IMG/VR virus record: IMGVR_UViG_3300043410_001129
Span: 1 to 60,762 of that record
DNA: 60,762 bases
Source of the DNA: a virus
Taxonomy: Duplodnaviria; Caudoviricetes
Strand: one strand, 5' to 3'
Shown here: piece by piece, positions 43,744-53,289 of the stretch
Layout: each line of letters starts with the position of its first letter
How positions within the stretch are numbered: position 1 is the stretch's first letter
Position numbers and translations under genes: made by a program
Notes under the pieces: generated by a model
Told to the model about the DNA's origin: nothing
Databases searched by the model: none
Seen by the model: only the letters and a program-made list of their open reading frames with translations

Positions 43744-45582
43744 TTAACCGGTCAGGCCAAGAGCCTGGAGGAACGCGCTGTTGGTGGAAGCACCAGCGGC
43801 GCTCTCCTTCTGCTTCTGTGCCATGAGAGCTGCGTATTCTTCGGCGGTCAGCGGGATGCCGTTGATCGTGTAGACCTGGCTGGCGCCGAGGACGTTGTTG
43901 ACAGAGCCAGCCTCTTTGGCAGCGAGTGCCGCTTTGGCGGTGGCGTCCGACTGGAGGCGGGAGTATTCGCTGTCCAGACGGGACTTGATGGCGGAGGCTT
44001 CGTCGTTGGCTTGGGTTGCGCCATAGAGGCTGATCTCGTCGAGCAACTTCTTGAAGTCGCCGGAGCGAGCAGCATCGACAGCGGCGGTGTCGTAGAAGGA
44101 CTGGTTGCCGAAGCGGCTCTGGAGCGACTTTGCCTGACCCTCGAGGTTGTTCCGGTAGTCGGAGAGGGCGCTGAGTTTGTCGGCGATTGCCTGCTGGCCG
44201 GTAGCGAGCTGAGAGCGGTAGCCTGCCACGTCACCACCGGTGAACTGGGAAAGCTGAGCGAGCAGGTTGTTTTCGTTGGCCAGACGGCTGTTGAAGTCGT
44301 TCTCGTTGTAGAGCGGGATGTCGTTCAGGCCGGTGCTGAACTTCGCACCCCGGTTGACCAAGTCCTGCATCGCAGCCTGACGCTGGGTGTTCAGGGCAGC
44401 GACCTGCTTCTGAGCATCGGTAAGCGCCTTGTTGGCGTCGCCGAAGTTGTAGTCGAGGGTGGAGGAGAAGCCACCGATCTGACGCTGAAGTTCGTTGATC
44501 TGGTTGGTCAGACCCTGAAGGTTGTTCTGGCTGTAATAGTCAGCAGCGTTCGCGTTGCCCAGGATGTTCTGGGCCTGGTTAGCGTAGCTGGTCTGGGATG
44601 AGCCAATCCGGTCGAGTTCGCGCTGACGCTCGGCCAGGCGATTGTTGATCGAGCTGTCGAGCGAGTTGTATTGGTTGGTCAGGCCAGAGAAGTCGAACGA
44701 CAGGGGTGAGCTGAACTGCGATGCGCCCTGAGCGCGGGAGCGCAGCTCGTCATCGAGAGCCTTCAGTTTGTCCGCGTCCTTGATGGACAGTGTGTTGAAG
44801 GTGTTGGTCGAGTTGTTCAGATAGTTCTGAAGGTCGGTCTTGTAGTTGTTGATGCGGCCCTGCTCGCCGGTCTTCAAGGCGTCCAGCGCATCGTAGCGGG
44901 CCTTGACCTTGTTGACGGCGTCGCGTGCGCCAGCTTCGCCAGCGAAGTTGTAGTCGCCTGCGATGTCTGAGGTGAAGTTGTTGAGGCGGGAAGCCAGGTT
45001 GTTGTAGCCGGAGCGGTCGAAGCCCGAGCCTGCGTAACCGGCCAAGTCCATGGTGTTGGCGGTGTCGAACGCTGAGCCAGCCGAGGCGTTCAGGCCGGTG
45101 AAGAAATTCCGATAGTCAGACTCTGCCTTGGAACGCTTGTTCAGCATGTCGGTCAGCAAGGAGCTGTCCGAGCCGTAGCCAGTGTTCAGCGTGTTCAAGA
45201 GGTCCGTGTTCAGCGAGTGCAGCTGCGGGTTCTCGAGGGTGACCGTGGCGTTGGCGTATTCGGGAAGGGTATAGGTTCCCTGATAGTTGAACTGGCCAGG
45301 CTTGGTCAGACCAGCCAGGGACTTCTGGAGGGAGTCGAGCTGGTTACGGTAGGACGCGCCGTTATCGTCGACGTTGGTCATGTTCAGTCCGCCGATCTTC
45401 GTGTGAAGATCGCCATACTGATTGGACAGCTGAGACAACGAGTTGTTGAAGGCGTCGACCTGCGAATTGTAGGTGTCGGCCTTCGAGTTCAGAGAGTTCT
45501 GAAGCTCAGTGCGCTTCTGATTGATCTGGGGCTGGAAGTCCGACGGCGACGGCGGCGGAGGGGGCATTTTGGGAGAGTGCAT
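43744..45582 (-). CDS. Putative virion protein, Asn/Gln-rich coiled coil (612 aa)
   Basis: Position and composition. Confidence 0.6.
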   Translation of the reverse strand: MHSPKMPPPPPSPSDFQPQINQKRTELQNSLNSKADTYNSQVDAFNNSLSQLSNQYGDLHTKIGGLNMTNVDDNGASYRNQLDSLQKSLAGLTKPGQFNYQGTYTLPEYANATVTLENPQLHSLNTDLLNTLNTGYGSDSSLLTDMLNKRSKAESDYRNFFTGLNASAGSAFDTANTMDLAGYAGSGFDRSGYNNLASRLNNFTSDIAGDYNFAGEAGARDAVNKVKARYDALDALKTGEQGRINNYKTDLQNYLNNSTNTFNTLSIKDADKLKALDDELRSRAQGASQFSSPLSFDFSGLTNQYNSLDSSINNRLAERQRELDRIGSSQTSYANQAQNILGNANAADYYSQNNLQGLTNQINELQRQIGGFSSTLDYNFGDANKALTDAQKQVAALNTQRQAAMQDLVNRGAKFSTGLNDIPLYNENDFNSRLANENNLLAQLSQFTGGDVAGYRSQLATGQQAIADKLSALSDYRNNLEGQAKSLQSRFGNQSFYDTAAVDAARSGDFKKLLDEISLYGATQANDEASAIKSRLDSEYSRLQSDATAKAALAAKEAGSVNNVLGASQVYTINGIPLTAEEYAALMAQKQKESAAGASTNSAFLQALGLTG

Positions 45583-45585
45583 GAC

Positions 45586-46059
45586 TTACAGCTCCTTTGA
45601 GATAATCAGGCGGTGCGAGTCAATGCCGAGGTGCCGAAGGTGGCGGCGCCAACCGGGGCGGCAATAACCCACGATGCGGGTGCAGTTGTTTTTGCGGGCA
45701 AGATCAATGAAGGCGTCCCAGCCAACGGTCATGCCGTCGAACTCGCCGTCACGGCCAATGACGTAGTTCACGTCGAAGGTGCGGATGCCGGAGGGCCAAT
45801 CAGAGATGCCGGTGATGGCGATGGCCTGGAGTTCTCCGCTGCGCTCGCCCTTCCACAGGGTGTAGTGTCCGGTCAGGCAGTAGTCGATTAGCTGCATTGG
45901 CGTGAGCTGGTAGATGTCCTGCTTGCGAAACAGGCTCTCGATCTCCGGCAACATCTTGCCGAAGAGATCAAGCATCTCCTCTTGGTCGTCTACAATGGTG
46001 ACGACGCTGGGGAGAAACTGCCTCGCAAGTTCAGCGATCACGCCAAGGCTCACCGTCAT
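45586..46059 (-). CDS. GNAT-fold protein next to the ejection genes
   Basis: ARKNNCTRIVGYCRPGWRR pattern and typical podovirus position. Confidence 0.55.
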   Translation of the reverse strand: MTVSLGVIAELARQFLPSVVTIVDDQEEMLDLFGKMLPEIESLFRKQDIYQLTPMQLIDYCLTGHYTLWKGERSGELQAIAITGISDWPSGIRTFDVNYVIGRDGEFDGMTVGWDAFIDLARKNNCTRIVGYCRPGWRRHLRHLGIDSHRLIISKEL

Positions 46060-47609
46060 GAAGCGATTTCCTGGATGGCGATTGAGACTTCGAGGTCTGC
46101 GGCAGAGGACACGTTGGTGACCTTGACGCCGAGCGAGACAGTGCCGGACGAAGCGTCGATGGTGATGGCGGAGCCAAGCACAGACTCGACGGGGTTCACC
46201 GACAAGGATTGGCCTGCGATCTGGGTCACGCCGTTGACCGTGAACTCACCGGTGCAAGTGCCGGTCGAGAGGCGCATTGCGACGCCAACGATGCGGAACT
46301 TCTGGAGGAAGGCGCGGGTCACGACATAGTTCGTGCCGGTCGTCAGGGCACCGGAGACTTTCGTGTAGAGGGTAGCCTTGCCGATGACTTCGGGGAGCTG
46401 GGTCGATGGCAGGCGACCGTTGGCGTCCAGAGTGGCCACGCCGCTGGCGGCTGCCTTTTGGGAGACAGGGATCACCGAGCTGAGGTCGACGTTGCGGTAG
46501 ATCAGGGACTGGCCGAGAGCGTCGACAGCCACGACCTTGCCTGCGTCGCCGGACGACGGGGTGGCGAGCAGGGTCTCTGGGGAGGTCTGGAGCCAAGCCG
46601 TGCCGGAATAGAACTTCAGGCGGTTCGGGTTGGTCGAGGTGTCGAGCCAGAGGTTCCCGGCTGCGGGGGAGCTGGGCTGAGAGGACGAGACGGTGATGCG
46701 GGCTGCCGAGGTGATCAGGGCCGAAAGGCCATTGACGCGGTCGGAGGTAATTTCGCTGGAGGCCACGGCGACCTTGGCCCACGGAATTTTGCCAGTGGTC
46801 GGGTCGACATAGTTGTCTTCCATCATGATGCCGGTGACGAGCGTCTGGTCGGTTCGACGCACGGCAAGGATGGTCACGTTGTTCCCGGAGGGGACCGAAG
46901 CATTGAAGGTGACGATGTTGTTGGTGTCGTCGAGGATGTAGTCGTAAGAGCCACCGAAGCGCTGAAGGACGCCGTTCTTATAGACCTGGACTTCGTCGAT
47001 AAGGGTATCGAAGTCAAAACCGAAGTTCGACTGGAAGCCAGTGGTCAGCGTGTCGGAGCGGCGATACTGGTTGGTGAACGCCTGGCGGATGCGGTAGGCG
47101 GTGATGCTGTCGCCGTTGACAGCGCCTGGCACGTTGATGGAGCCAATGGTCGTGCCGACAGTGGCGGTCGAAGTGTAGTCGGTGACTGGCTTCAGGAGGA
47201 CGCCGTTCTTATAGACGGCGACGTCGTCGGTTGAGGCGAAGTCATAGCTGAAGGTCTTCACGTTCGAGGCCACGGTGTAGTCGTAGCGCTGCGAGAAGAT
47301 CGGAGCAGGGACCAGGCCCAGGTATTGACCGGCTTCACCGCGAAGGTCGGCGGCGGGAGCGATGGTCAGCCAGCCAATGTCGGGGTCAGTGTAGGCGCCG
47401 ATGCGATACTGGAGACCGTCAGAGGCGGAGAAGCGTAGTTCGATGGGGCCGTCCCAGACGCCGTCGGTGTCAAAGATTTGGGCGAGGAGTTCCGACAGGG
47501 TCTTGTTCCCGAACTCGGCGGAGTTCAGGTAACGGATGACAGACTCGAACTCGGTGTTGATCTGTTCCGAGGTCTTGTAGTTCTGGGGGTAAACCTGGCG
47601 AAGCCTCAT
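46056..47609 (-). CDS. Tail structural protein / fibre adaptor
   Basis: Two VYKNGVL beta-repeats, GNLWLDTS and GVATLDANGRLPSTQLP. Confidence 0.7.
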   Translation of the reverse strand: MRLRQVYPQNYKTSEQINTEFESVIRYLNSAEFGNKTLSELLAQIFDTDGVWDGPIELRFSASDGLQYRIGAYTDPDIGWLTIAPAADLRGEAGQYLGLVPAPIFSQRYDYTVASNVKTFSYDFASTDDVAVYKNGVLLKPVTDYTSTATVGTTIGSINVPGAVNGDSITAYRIRQAFTNQYRRSDTLTTGFQSNFGFDFDTLIDEVQVYKNGVLQRFGGSYDYILDDTNNIVTFNASVPSGNNVTILAVRRTDQTLVTGIMMEDNYVDPTTGKIPWAKVAVASSEITSDRVNGLSALITSAARITVSSSQPSSPAAGNLWLDTSTNPNRLKFYSGTAWLQTSPETLLATPSSGDAGKVVAVDALGQSLIYRNVDLSSVIPVSQKAAASGVATLDANGRLPSTQLPEVIGKATLYTKVSGALTTGTNYVVTRAFLQKFRIVGVAMRLSTGTCTGEFTVNGVTQIAGQSLSVNPVESVLGSAITIDASSGTVSLGVKVTNVSSAADLEVSIAIQEIAS

Positions 47610-49108
47610 GGTTCTTTCCTCGTGCGAATGGCAAAGCCTGAGAGCCGGACGAGGCCCTTGCCATTGATCGTGAACTTGATGCGCACGCCACGGACGACAT
47701 ACTCGAACGGACGCTCGTATTGTTTGATAATTGGCACACCTTGATAGGAGTCGTCGTCCACTGATCCATCAATTTCCATGGACATGGTGGTAATAAGGAT
47801 CGCGTTTTCGTCGTAAATCTCGAGGTCAATCACGCCTTGACCTGATGCCTGGACGATCAGGGAGTGCGTGCGCTTGTTGTTCGAGAGGTCGCCGAGCCAA
47901 AGCATGGGGGTCATTGCTGTGGCAGTCGGTTCGTAGGTGGCCGCAACCGTGACAGGCGATACGTTGTAGACCCCGGCTGGTGAGCCATAGACCAAGGTGC
48001 CGCCCAGGAAGGCGCCGCACCGGGCCTGGAGGAAATCTCCGGTGTTAAACTTGGTGGCCTTCTCGTCTGAGGGGATCGTGACGGTCAGGCGCTTGGCATA
48101 GTTGGAGCCAGCCTGCGGGAAGAAGATATGGTATTGCGCCTCGTCGCGGTCGTAGACGGCGGAGATGAGCGAGGGGTCTTCCATCGAGCGGACGAGCTGG
48201 CGGTAAAGGTTTTTGACCGGCTCGGTGAGGGTGACAGACTCGACGATGATCCCGTTCTGGCGGGAGCGGCGCACAGAGTGGACGCCATTGCGCGAGCAGA
48301 ACAGGATGTCGTCGCCTGCGGGACGGATCGTGTTGTGCGAGATGCAGCCGACGTTGACGTTGGTTCGATCTTCGATGGACCACTGGGTGATGTCGGGGTC
48401 GATCTTGAAGATGAAGGTGCGGTCCTTGGTGAAGATGGCGAGGCGGTTCTGCTCGAAGGGTGAGAGACCGGAGATTTCGTCGGCGGAGCTGAGCAGGTTG
48501 GCCACGTCGATGTAGCCAGCGCGAAGGACTGATGTTTCGGAGTCCTGCTCGTCATCGTAGAAAACTGTCGGGGCGTCGACTCGGGACAGGAACACGCGAG
48601 TCGGAGAACTGGGCACGCCCGCTACGCAGAGCCTGCGGTTGGAGACTGCGCCAAAGGCGGGACCAAGTGAGCGCATGGAGGCGGAAAGCGCCGGAGTATA
48701 GGCGGAGCCGTCGAACTGCCACGGGTAGAGTGCCTTCTGAAAGAAGATGAGTTTGCGGGAGAACACGACGCTCGAGATCGAGCCATACTGGGTGAAGATT
48801 TCGTCCGAGCTGACGCCGGTGTCAGAGACGAGTTTGATGCGGCCAGAGCCGGTGAGGACTGCGGCGCAGACGTTGGTCGGGTTGTAGAAGTTGACGTGCT
48901 GGACTGGGTCCGATGCGAAGCGTTGCTCTGCGCCACGCTCGAGGGTGACCTGGCCGACCGAGTCGACATAGGCGTTGTTCAGGGTTGCCCAAGGCTGGTT
49001 CTGGCCAAGGTCGGCGTTGGTCTCGGGGCGCAGAGTGGCGAGGCCGTCGAAGGGCGAATAGGCTTTGGTGTTGAGGTTGATGCCCGGATTGGCGCGAAGC
49101 CCTGTCAT
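47606..49108 (-). CDS. Tail nozzle / DNA stabilisation protein (beta-propeller-like)
   Basis: 500 aa, beta-rich, GCISHNTI and LFCSRNGVHS. Follows the adaptor gene. Confidence 0.65.
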   Translation of the reverse strand: MTGLRANPGINLNTKAYSPFDGLATLRPETNADLGQNQPWATLNNAYVDSVGQVTLERGAEQRFASDPVQHVNFYNPTNVCAAVLTGSGRIKLVSDTGVSSDEIFTQYGSISSVVFSRKLIFFQKALYPWQFDGSAYTPALSASMRSLGPAFGAVSNRRLCVAGVPSSPTRVFLSRVDAPTVFYDDEQDSETSVLRAGYIDVANLLSSADEISGLSPFEQNRLAIFTKDRTFIFKIDPDITQWSIEDRTNVNVGCISHNTIRPAGDDILFCSRNGVHSVRRSRQNGIIVESVTLTEPVKNLYRQLVRSMEDPSLISAVYDRDEAQYHIFFPQAGSNYAKRLTVTIPSDEKATKFNTGDFLQARCGAFLGGTLVYGSPAGVYNVSPVTVAATYEPTATAMTPMLWLGDLSNNKRTHSLIVQASGQGVIDLEIYDENAILITTMSMEIDGSVDDDSYQGVPIIKQYERPFEYVVRGVRIKFTINGKGLVRLSGFAIRTRKEP

Positions 49109-49557
49109 CTATCGACCACTTTCATGTTGGGGCGACGCTTGCCGTAAAGGCGCTCGTAGAGAACTTGGTTGCAGGTTTTTGAGTAGAGCTGGTTGTAGAG
49201 GCCAACCTTTGGGCTGCCCTGCTGGATGGCCAAGTGCATCAGCATCCCATTGATGATGATGGGATCGGGGACAGGGCGCGTATCCGTCTGGGAAATATAG
49301 TAGTCGACGTCGAGGTCTTCGGGCCAATAGGGGTGATGGCGGATGTCTTCGATCACCATGTTGGCGAACTCGAGGAACATCAGGATGCCGGAGCCGTCGA
49401 TGGTCGAGGGAGAGAACTCCCCATAGCGACGCACCGCTTGAAAGATCAGGGTTTCAAGCGGTGAAGTCTTGTCAGCGATCTGCGGGTTGACGGTCGAGAC
49501 CCGAGCCGAAGGCTCAGACGTTGGCGTCAGACCGAACGATACGTCCGCGTTGGACAT
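49105..49557 (-). CDS. Head-tail adaptor (start uncertain)
   Basis: Helical protein of about 150 aa between capsid and nozzle genes. Confidence 0.5.
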   Translation of the reverse strand: MSNADVSFGLTPTSEPSARVSTVNPQIADKTSPLETLIFQAVRRYGEFSPSTIDGSGILMFLEFANMVIEDIRHHPYWPEDLDVDYYISQTDTRPVPDPIIINGMLMHLAIQQGSPKVGLYNQLYSKTCNQVLYERLYGKRRPNMKVVDR

Positions 49558-49810
49558 GATGGTGAACCTCAAAGCGTGCTGCTACGTCTGCTGGAACTTT
49601 CCAGATCAAGCGGCGATCTGGTCGGCGTGCCGGGCGAATTTCGAGGACTTCGAACTCGTGGACTTCTGGTTCTTTGGAGACGAACTCGACGTCCGGTTCA
49701 GGGGCAGGATCGGCCTTGCGCTTCTGCTTGGAAGGTGTCGGTTCGTTGGTAACTTTGGCGAGAGATGCCTGGACTGCGGCGATCTCTTCGGGGGTTGCGG
49801 TTTCGGACAT
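49514..49810 (-). CDS. Hypothetical protein after the capsid gene
   Basis: GGAG RBS. Confidence 0.7.
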   Translation of the reverse strand: MSETATPEEIAAVQASLAKVTNEPTPSKQKRKADPAPEPDVEFVSKEPEVHEFEVLEIRPARRPDRRLIWKVPADVAARFEVHHHVQRGRIVRSDANV

Positions 49811-49825
49811 AGGGTCTCCGTAAAT

Positions 49826-49854
49826 AAAAAGAGGGGGGCACTGCCCCCCTCTTT
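49826..49854 (-). terminator. Terminator after the capsid gene
   Basis: On the minus strand, an AAAGAGGGGG...CCCCCTCTTT stem followed by a T run. Confidence 0.8.
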
Positions 49855-49882
49855 ATGACTGGTATTGACCAAGTGGTCGTCC
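49852..49882 (-). promoter_or_regulatory. GGACGAC-N18-CATAAA site (weaker -10)
   Basis: Repeated motif just after the capsid stop codon. Confidence 0.45.
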
Positions 49883-49885
49883 CGC

Positions 49886-51058
49886 TTAGGCGCGGAGCTT
49901 CCAGTTCTTGATCAGAGCATGAGGCTTCGACTGAAGCAGCTCCAGGCCGCACTCAGTCAGGTATTCATGCTTCACCAAATCTTCGTCGTTGTTCTGGCGG
50001 TTTTCCAGCAGCTGCGTGTCGCGACCGTCCAGGTAGCGATAGCGCAGGTAGGGGAAGTCGATGACCACCATCGAGCTGTCCATGCCAGGAATCTGGCGGA
50101 ACTGCGGATGCAGGTGAACCATCAGGTCGCCAGCGAAGGTCGTATACTGCGTCAGGGAGACGCCGTAGGTGCCCGACAGCTGGATCGGCTTCCAGCGGTT
50201 CTTGCCGAACTGCTGAAGGTGGTTCGCCACTTTGGCGCCGACGAAGGCGATCTTCTGCGAAGAGCCATACTTGAAGATCGAGGTGATGAGGGTTTCATCA
50301 AACGTGTCTTCAGTCATGGTGTTCGCGGTGGAGAAGCTGGCACAGTCGATCACGTTGTCGATGGTGTTCAGCAGACCGCCGGTGTAACGGGTCGGCGCAT
50401 TGGTCGAACCGTTGGTTTCGTTCTTGATGCCGAAGAACATGGCGCGTTCGATGTCGCTCATGTGGATTTTCAGCGCCTTGGTTGCAGACTCTTCCAGCTT
50501 GGAGCCAGTCCGCAGGTAGGTGTGCTTCATGGTCTCAGTGACCGAGAAGGCGGTGCGGAAAATCTGCGTATAGTTCGAGATGACCGAAGCATCCCAGCTC
50601 AGAGGAGTCGGGGTCTTCCCACCTTCAGCCCCGGCGTAGCCAGCCACGAAGAGCTTAGCGCCATCGGCGATCTGATAGGAGGTTGCACCAATGTTACGGG
50701 TCACCGTGACACTGTTGGCGGTCGTATCGGCAGTTGCCTGCATCACTTCGCCCGTGGTGGCGTTGATCAGGATGGCACCGGCGATGGCATACTTGTTGTC
50801 ATCGGAGGCGGCCACGGTGATCGTGCCGGTCGAAGTGCTGGCGATTGCGCCGGACACAGTCAGGACGCGCTCGGGCAGTTCGTCACGGAAGTTCTTGAAC
50901 TCGGGGTCGTCAGTCGACTCAGAGCTGCCCATCGCGAGAAGGGCGTTGAGGGGTGCGTTACCGTTCGGCTCGAGCAGAGTGAACAGTTCGCGGTAGTTCT
51001 TGGGGCGGAAGTCGACGCCAAACTGGCCGGTCCCGCGCATACCCTGAATAGCAGCCAT
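49886..51058 (-). CDS. Major capsid protein (SU10/DUF5309-like)
   Basis: NYTQIFRT, DIERAMFFG, RYTGGL and YLTECGLE. Follows the scaffold gene and is followed by a terminator. Confidence 0.88.
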   Translation of the reverse strand: MAAIQGMRGTGQFGVDFRPKNYRELFTLLEPNGNAPLNALLAMGSSESTDDPEFKNFRDELPERVLTVSGAIASTSTGTITVAASDDNKYAIAGAILINATTGEVMQATADTTANSVTVTRNIGATSYQIADGAKLFVAGYAGAEGGKTPTPLSWDASVISNYTQIFRTAFSVTETMKHTYLRTGSKLEESATKALKIHMSDIERAMFFGIKNETNGSTNAPTRYTGGLLNTIDNVIDCASFSTANTMTEDTFDETLITSIFKYGSSQKIAFVGAKVANHLQQFGKNRWKPIQLSGTYGVSLTQYTTFAGDLMVHLHPQFRQIPGMDSSMVVIDFPYLRYRYLDGRDTQLLENRQNNDEDLVKHEYLTECGLELLQSKPHALIKNWKLRA

Positions 51059-51233
51059 GATGGTTTCTCCACAGGTTTGCTGCGTTGGAAGGAATGGGTT
51101 TGTGCGCGCCGCAGGGGTAATTCCGTCCCTGAAATGGCACTGAGGACACTACGTTGGCGGCTGGTGCGGCGAACGGCTCGTGGCCTTGAGGGATATATGA
51201 AACAGAAAAGGGGGACTGTTTCGTCCCCCTTTT

Positions 51234-51413
51234 TTATTCTGCGAAAATAATTGTTTTGATCTGGGTTGTTGGGAACCACGCAACCAATGTCATGGGCGGG
51301 TCGGATTGTCCTTCGCGGCTATAAAAGCCGACGCCCCCATTGTTGGGGGCGACGGTTGTTGCGAGGACTTCGACCCGAGAGTCGTCAATGAGTGTGACGA
51401 TCCAGGTGTTCAT
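51234..51413 (-). CDS. 59-aa hypothetical protein (MNTWIVTLIDDSRVEV...)
   Basis: Manual translation. Starts 4 nt after the scaffold stop and ends before a hairpin. Confidence 0.55.
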   Translation of the reverse strand: MNTWIVTLIDDSRVEVLATTVAPNNGGVGFYSREGQSDPPMTLVAWFPTTQIKTIIFAE

Positions 51414-51416
51414 GGG

Positions 51417-52481
51417 TTAGCCCACGAACTTGTTGCCCATGGCGGAGGAGACCATCTTGTCGAAGGTCGAGCCGCCCTGGTCAGCTGGAGCTGGTGAGCC
51501 ACCACCGGAAGGTGTCTGGCCAAGGGAGCCAGTGAAGGACTGGCGACGCTGGGCCATGCCACGGAGGCGCTCCATCTCGGGGGAGTTCATGTTGTTGCGG
51601 AAGTCGGTCATGACCCGGTAGGTCAACTGCGGATCGACGAAGTCCTCGATGGTATAGCCACGCTCGGAGGCATAGACCATGAAGTCCTGGGCGGCGCTGT
51701 CAGGGAGCTGGAGGGCCTGCTGGGCACGGTCAACGTTGTTGCCAATGGTCTGGCGGATCGCCTGGGTGCGAGTGTCGCGACCAGTTTCGTTCATGGCCTT
51801 GGCTGCGTCGGCAACGCCAGCAGACTTGGACATGACGTCCTGCATCATCTGCATCATCTGCTGCATCTGAGACTGCGACTGCATCTGAGACGCCATCATC
51901 TCCTTATAGCCTGGAGGGAGTGAGGCGGCGTTCTCTTCTTCCCAGCGCTTCAGCTTGGCTTCGAAGGAGTCAGGGGCCAAGTCTTTTGCGGTGGTCTCAG
52001 GGCCGTTCTGGCGACTGGTATCGCCGAAGGTGGTCTGAGAGACGCCGCGCTTGGCCTGGTCGATCATGGCCTGGGCGAACTGCATCGGGTCCATGCCGTG
52101 GTGACCCATGATAGCCTTGGCGGCTTCCATCACGGGTTTCATCTGGGCATGTTCGAAGTTCAGGGAGGAGTAGCGGTCGAAGGTCGACTTGATCTGGTCA
52201 GGGGTGAGCTTGCGCTTCTGGCCAGGCTGAAACTCGATTTCGTAGAGGACGGGGTCCGCCTGGGAGTTGCTGCCTTCGTCCTTGGGTGCGCCTGCGGAGG
52301 CGGCCTGTTCCTGGGCGGAGGGGGGAGCCGGAGGCGGAACGCCGGGGCCAGGGCCTGCGGGCGGAGGAGGTGCGCCAGCTCCTGGAGGCATTGCGGCGGG
52401 GTTAGCGGTAGCGGCGCCCTGCGGGGGGACGCCCATCTGACGCGACGAGATTGCGTCAATGAGGGAAGCGGGATCAGCCAT
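51417..52481 (-). CDS. Capsid scaffolding protein
   Basis: Pro/Ala-rich N-terminus, Met/Gln-rich helices, upstream of the capsid gene. Confidence 0.7.
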   Translation of the reverse strand: MADPASLIDAISSRQMGVPPQGAATANPAAMPPGAGAPPPPAGPGPGVPPPAPPSAQEQAASAGAPKDEGSNSQADPVLYEIEFQPGQKRKLTPDQIKSTFDRYSSLNFEHAQMKPVMEAAKAIMGHHGMDPMQFAQAMIDQAKRGVSQTTFGDTSRQNGPETTAKDLAPDSFEAKLKRWEEENAASLPPGYKEMMASQMQSQSQMQQMMQMMQDVMSKSAGVADAAKAMNETGRDTRTQAIRQTIGNNVDRAQQALQLPDSAAQDFMVYASERGYTIEDFVDPQLTYRVMTDFRNNMNSPEMERLRGMAQRRQSFTGSLGQTPSGGGSPAPADQGGSTFDKMVSSAMGNKFVG

Positions 52482-52750
52482 TAGTCGGTTCCTTTCTCGG
52501 CCTTGGCGGAGCTGGACAGTGAGATTTCGTTCTGGAGTCGGAGTGAGAGGCGGTCAGGAAGTTCGATCAGTCTGACTGCGGCCCACATGGCGCCACGACG
52601 AAAGTGCATGTCCTGTTCGGTTGGGTTGTGAGCGACAGCCATGGCCATCGCTGCGTCGGTGAGTTCGGCTCGCATGATTTCGCGAAGGTAGTGCCAGCCC
52701 TTGGATTTGGTGAGTTCTTCAAGAGCCTTGAGGGCTTCTTGGGTTTTCAC
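52481..52750 (-). CDS. Small head-assembly region protein (89 aa)
   Basis: GTGA coupling to the upstream gene. LTKSKGW...FRRG. Confidence 0.7.
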   Translation of the reverse strand: MKTQEALKALEELTKSKGWHYLREIMRAELTDAAMAMAVAHNPTEQDMHFRRGAMWAAVRLIELPDRLSLRLQNEISLSSSAKAEKGTD

Positions 52751-52878
52751 TTGGACTGGGTCGCCATCTTGCCGGAGGGGCCTTTGATCGGCTTGCCGGG
52801 CATTGCAGGGATGAACTTCGCGTCGTTCGAAACGGGTTTCGAGGTCTGCTTGTTCGCGGACTTGGAGGGTTTCTTCAT
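52747..52878 (-). CDS. 43-aa Lys/Pro-rich peptide (MKKPSKSANKQ...)
   Basis: AGGAG RBS. First gene after a GGACGAC promoter. Confidence 0.65.
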   Translation of the reverse strand: MKKPSKSANKQTSKPVSNDAKFIPAMPGKPIKGPSGKMATQSK

Positions 52879-52901
52879 GGTGGTTCTCCTGTAGAGAGCC
52901 G

Positions 52902-52932
52902 ACATTGCACGGTGGTCCGTGGGTTGTCGTCC
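52902..52932 (-). promoter_or_regulatory. GGACGAC-N18-CAATGT promoter for the head operon
   Basis: Repeated motif in an intergenic gap. Confidence 0.65.
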
Positions 52933-52935
52933 AGG

Positions 52936-53289
52936 TTACGAGAGGTTCTTCAGCTTGTAGAGGGTGGAGAGGTAGGTTTCGGAGATGTTGTCGAGGAGGT
53001 TCTGGAGTGCCGAGACGTCTTTGGTGATCTCGGAGGCGTTGGCCTTGATCCAGCGGACGTCTTGGGTGAGGAGACCGGCGATGTCTGGATAGGCGCCGGA
53101 GGTGACTGGAATGTCTTTGACTTTGCCGAAGACGCCCATGTGGGCTTCGACCAGGGTGTCGAGCTGCTCGATCACGTCGTCGTAAAAGGAGCCGAGGGCC
53201 ATGTGTTGCGCGAACGAGCTGGTCTGCCAATGGGCGGCGTGGGCTGCGTTGCGTGCATAGAAGACGCGGGAGATAAGCTGTTCGATCAT
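52936..53289 (-). CDS. Ferritin/Dps-like DUF5856 protein
   Basis: HWQT.SFAQH.ALG.FYD....LD.LVE. Confidence 0.75.
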   Translation of the reverse strand: MIEQLISRVFYARNAAHAAHWQTSSFAQHMALGSFYDDVIEQLDTLVEAHMGVFGKVKDIPVTSGAYPDIAGLLTQDVRWIKANASEITKDVSALQNLLDNISETYLSTLYKLKNLS

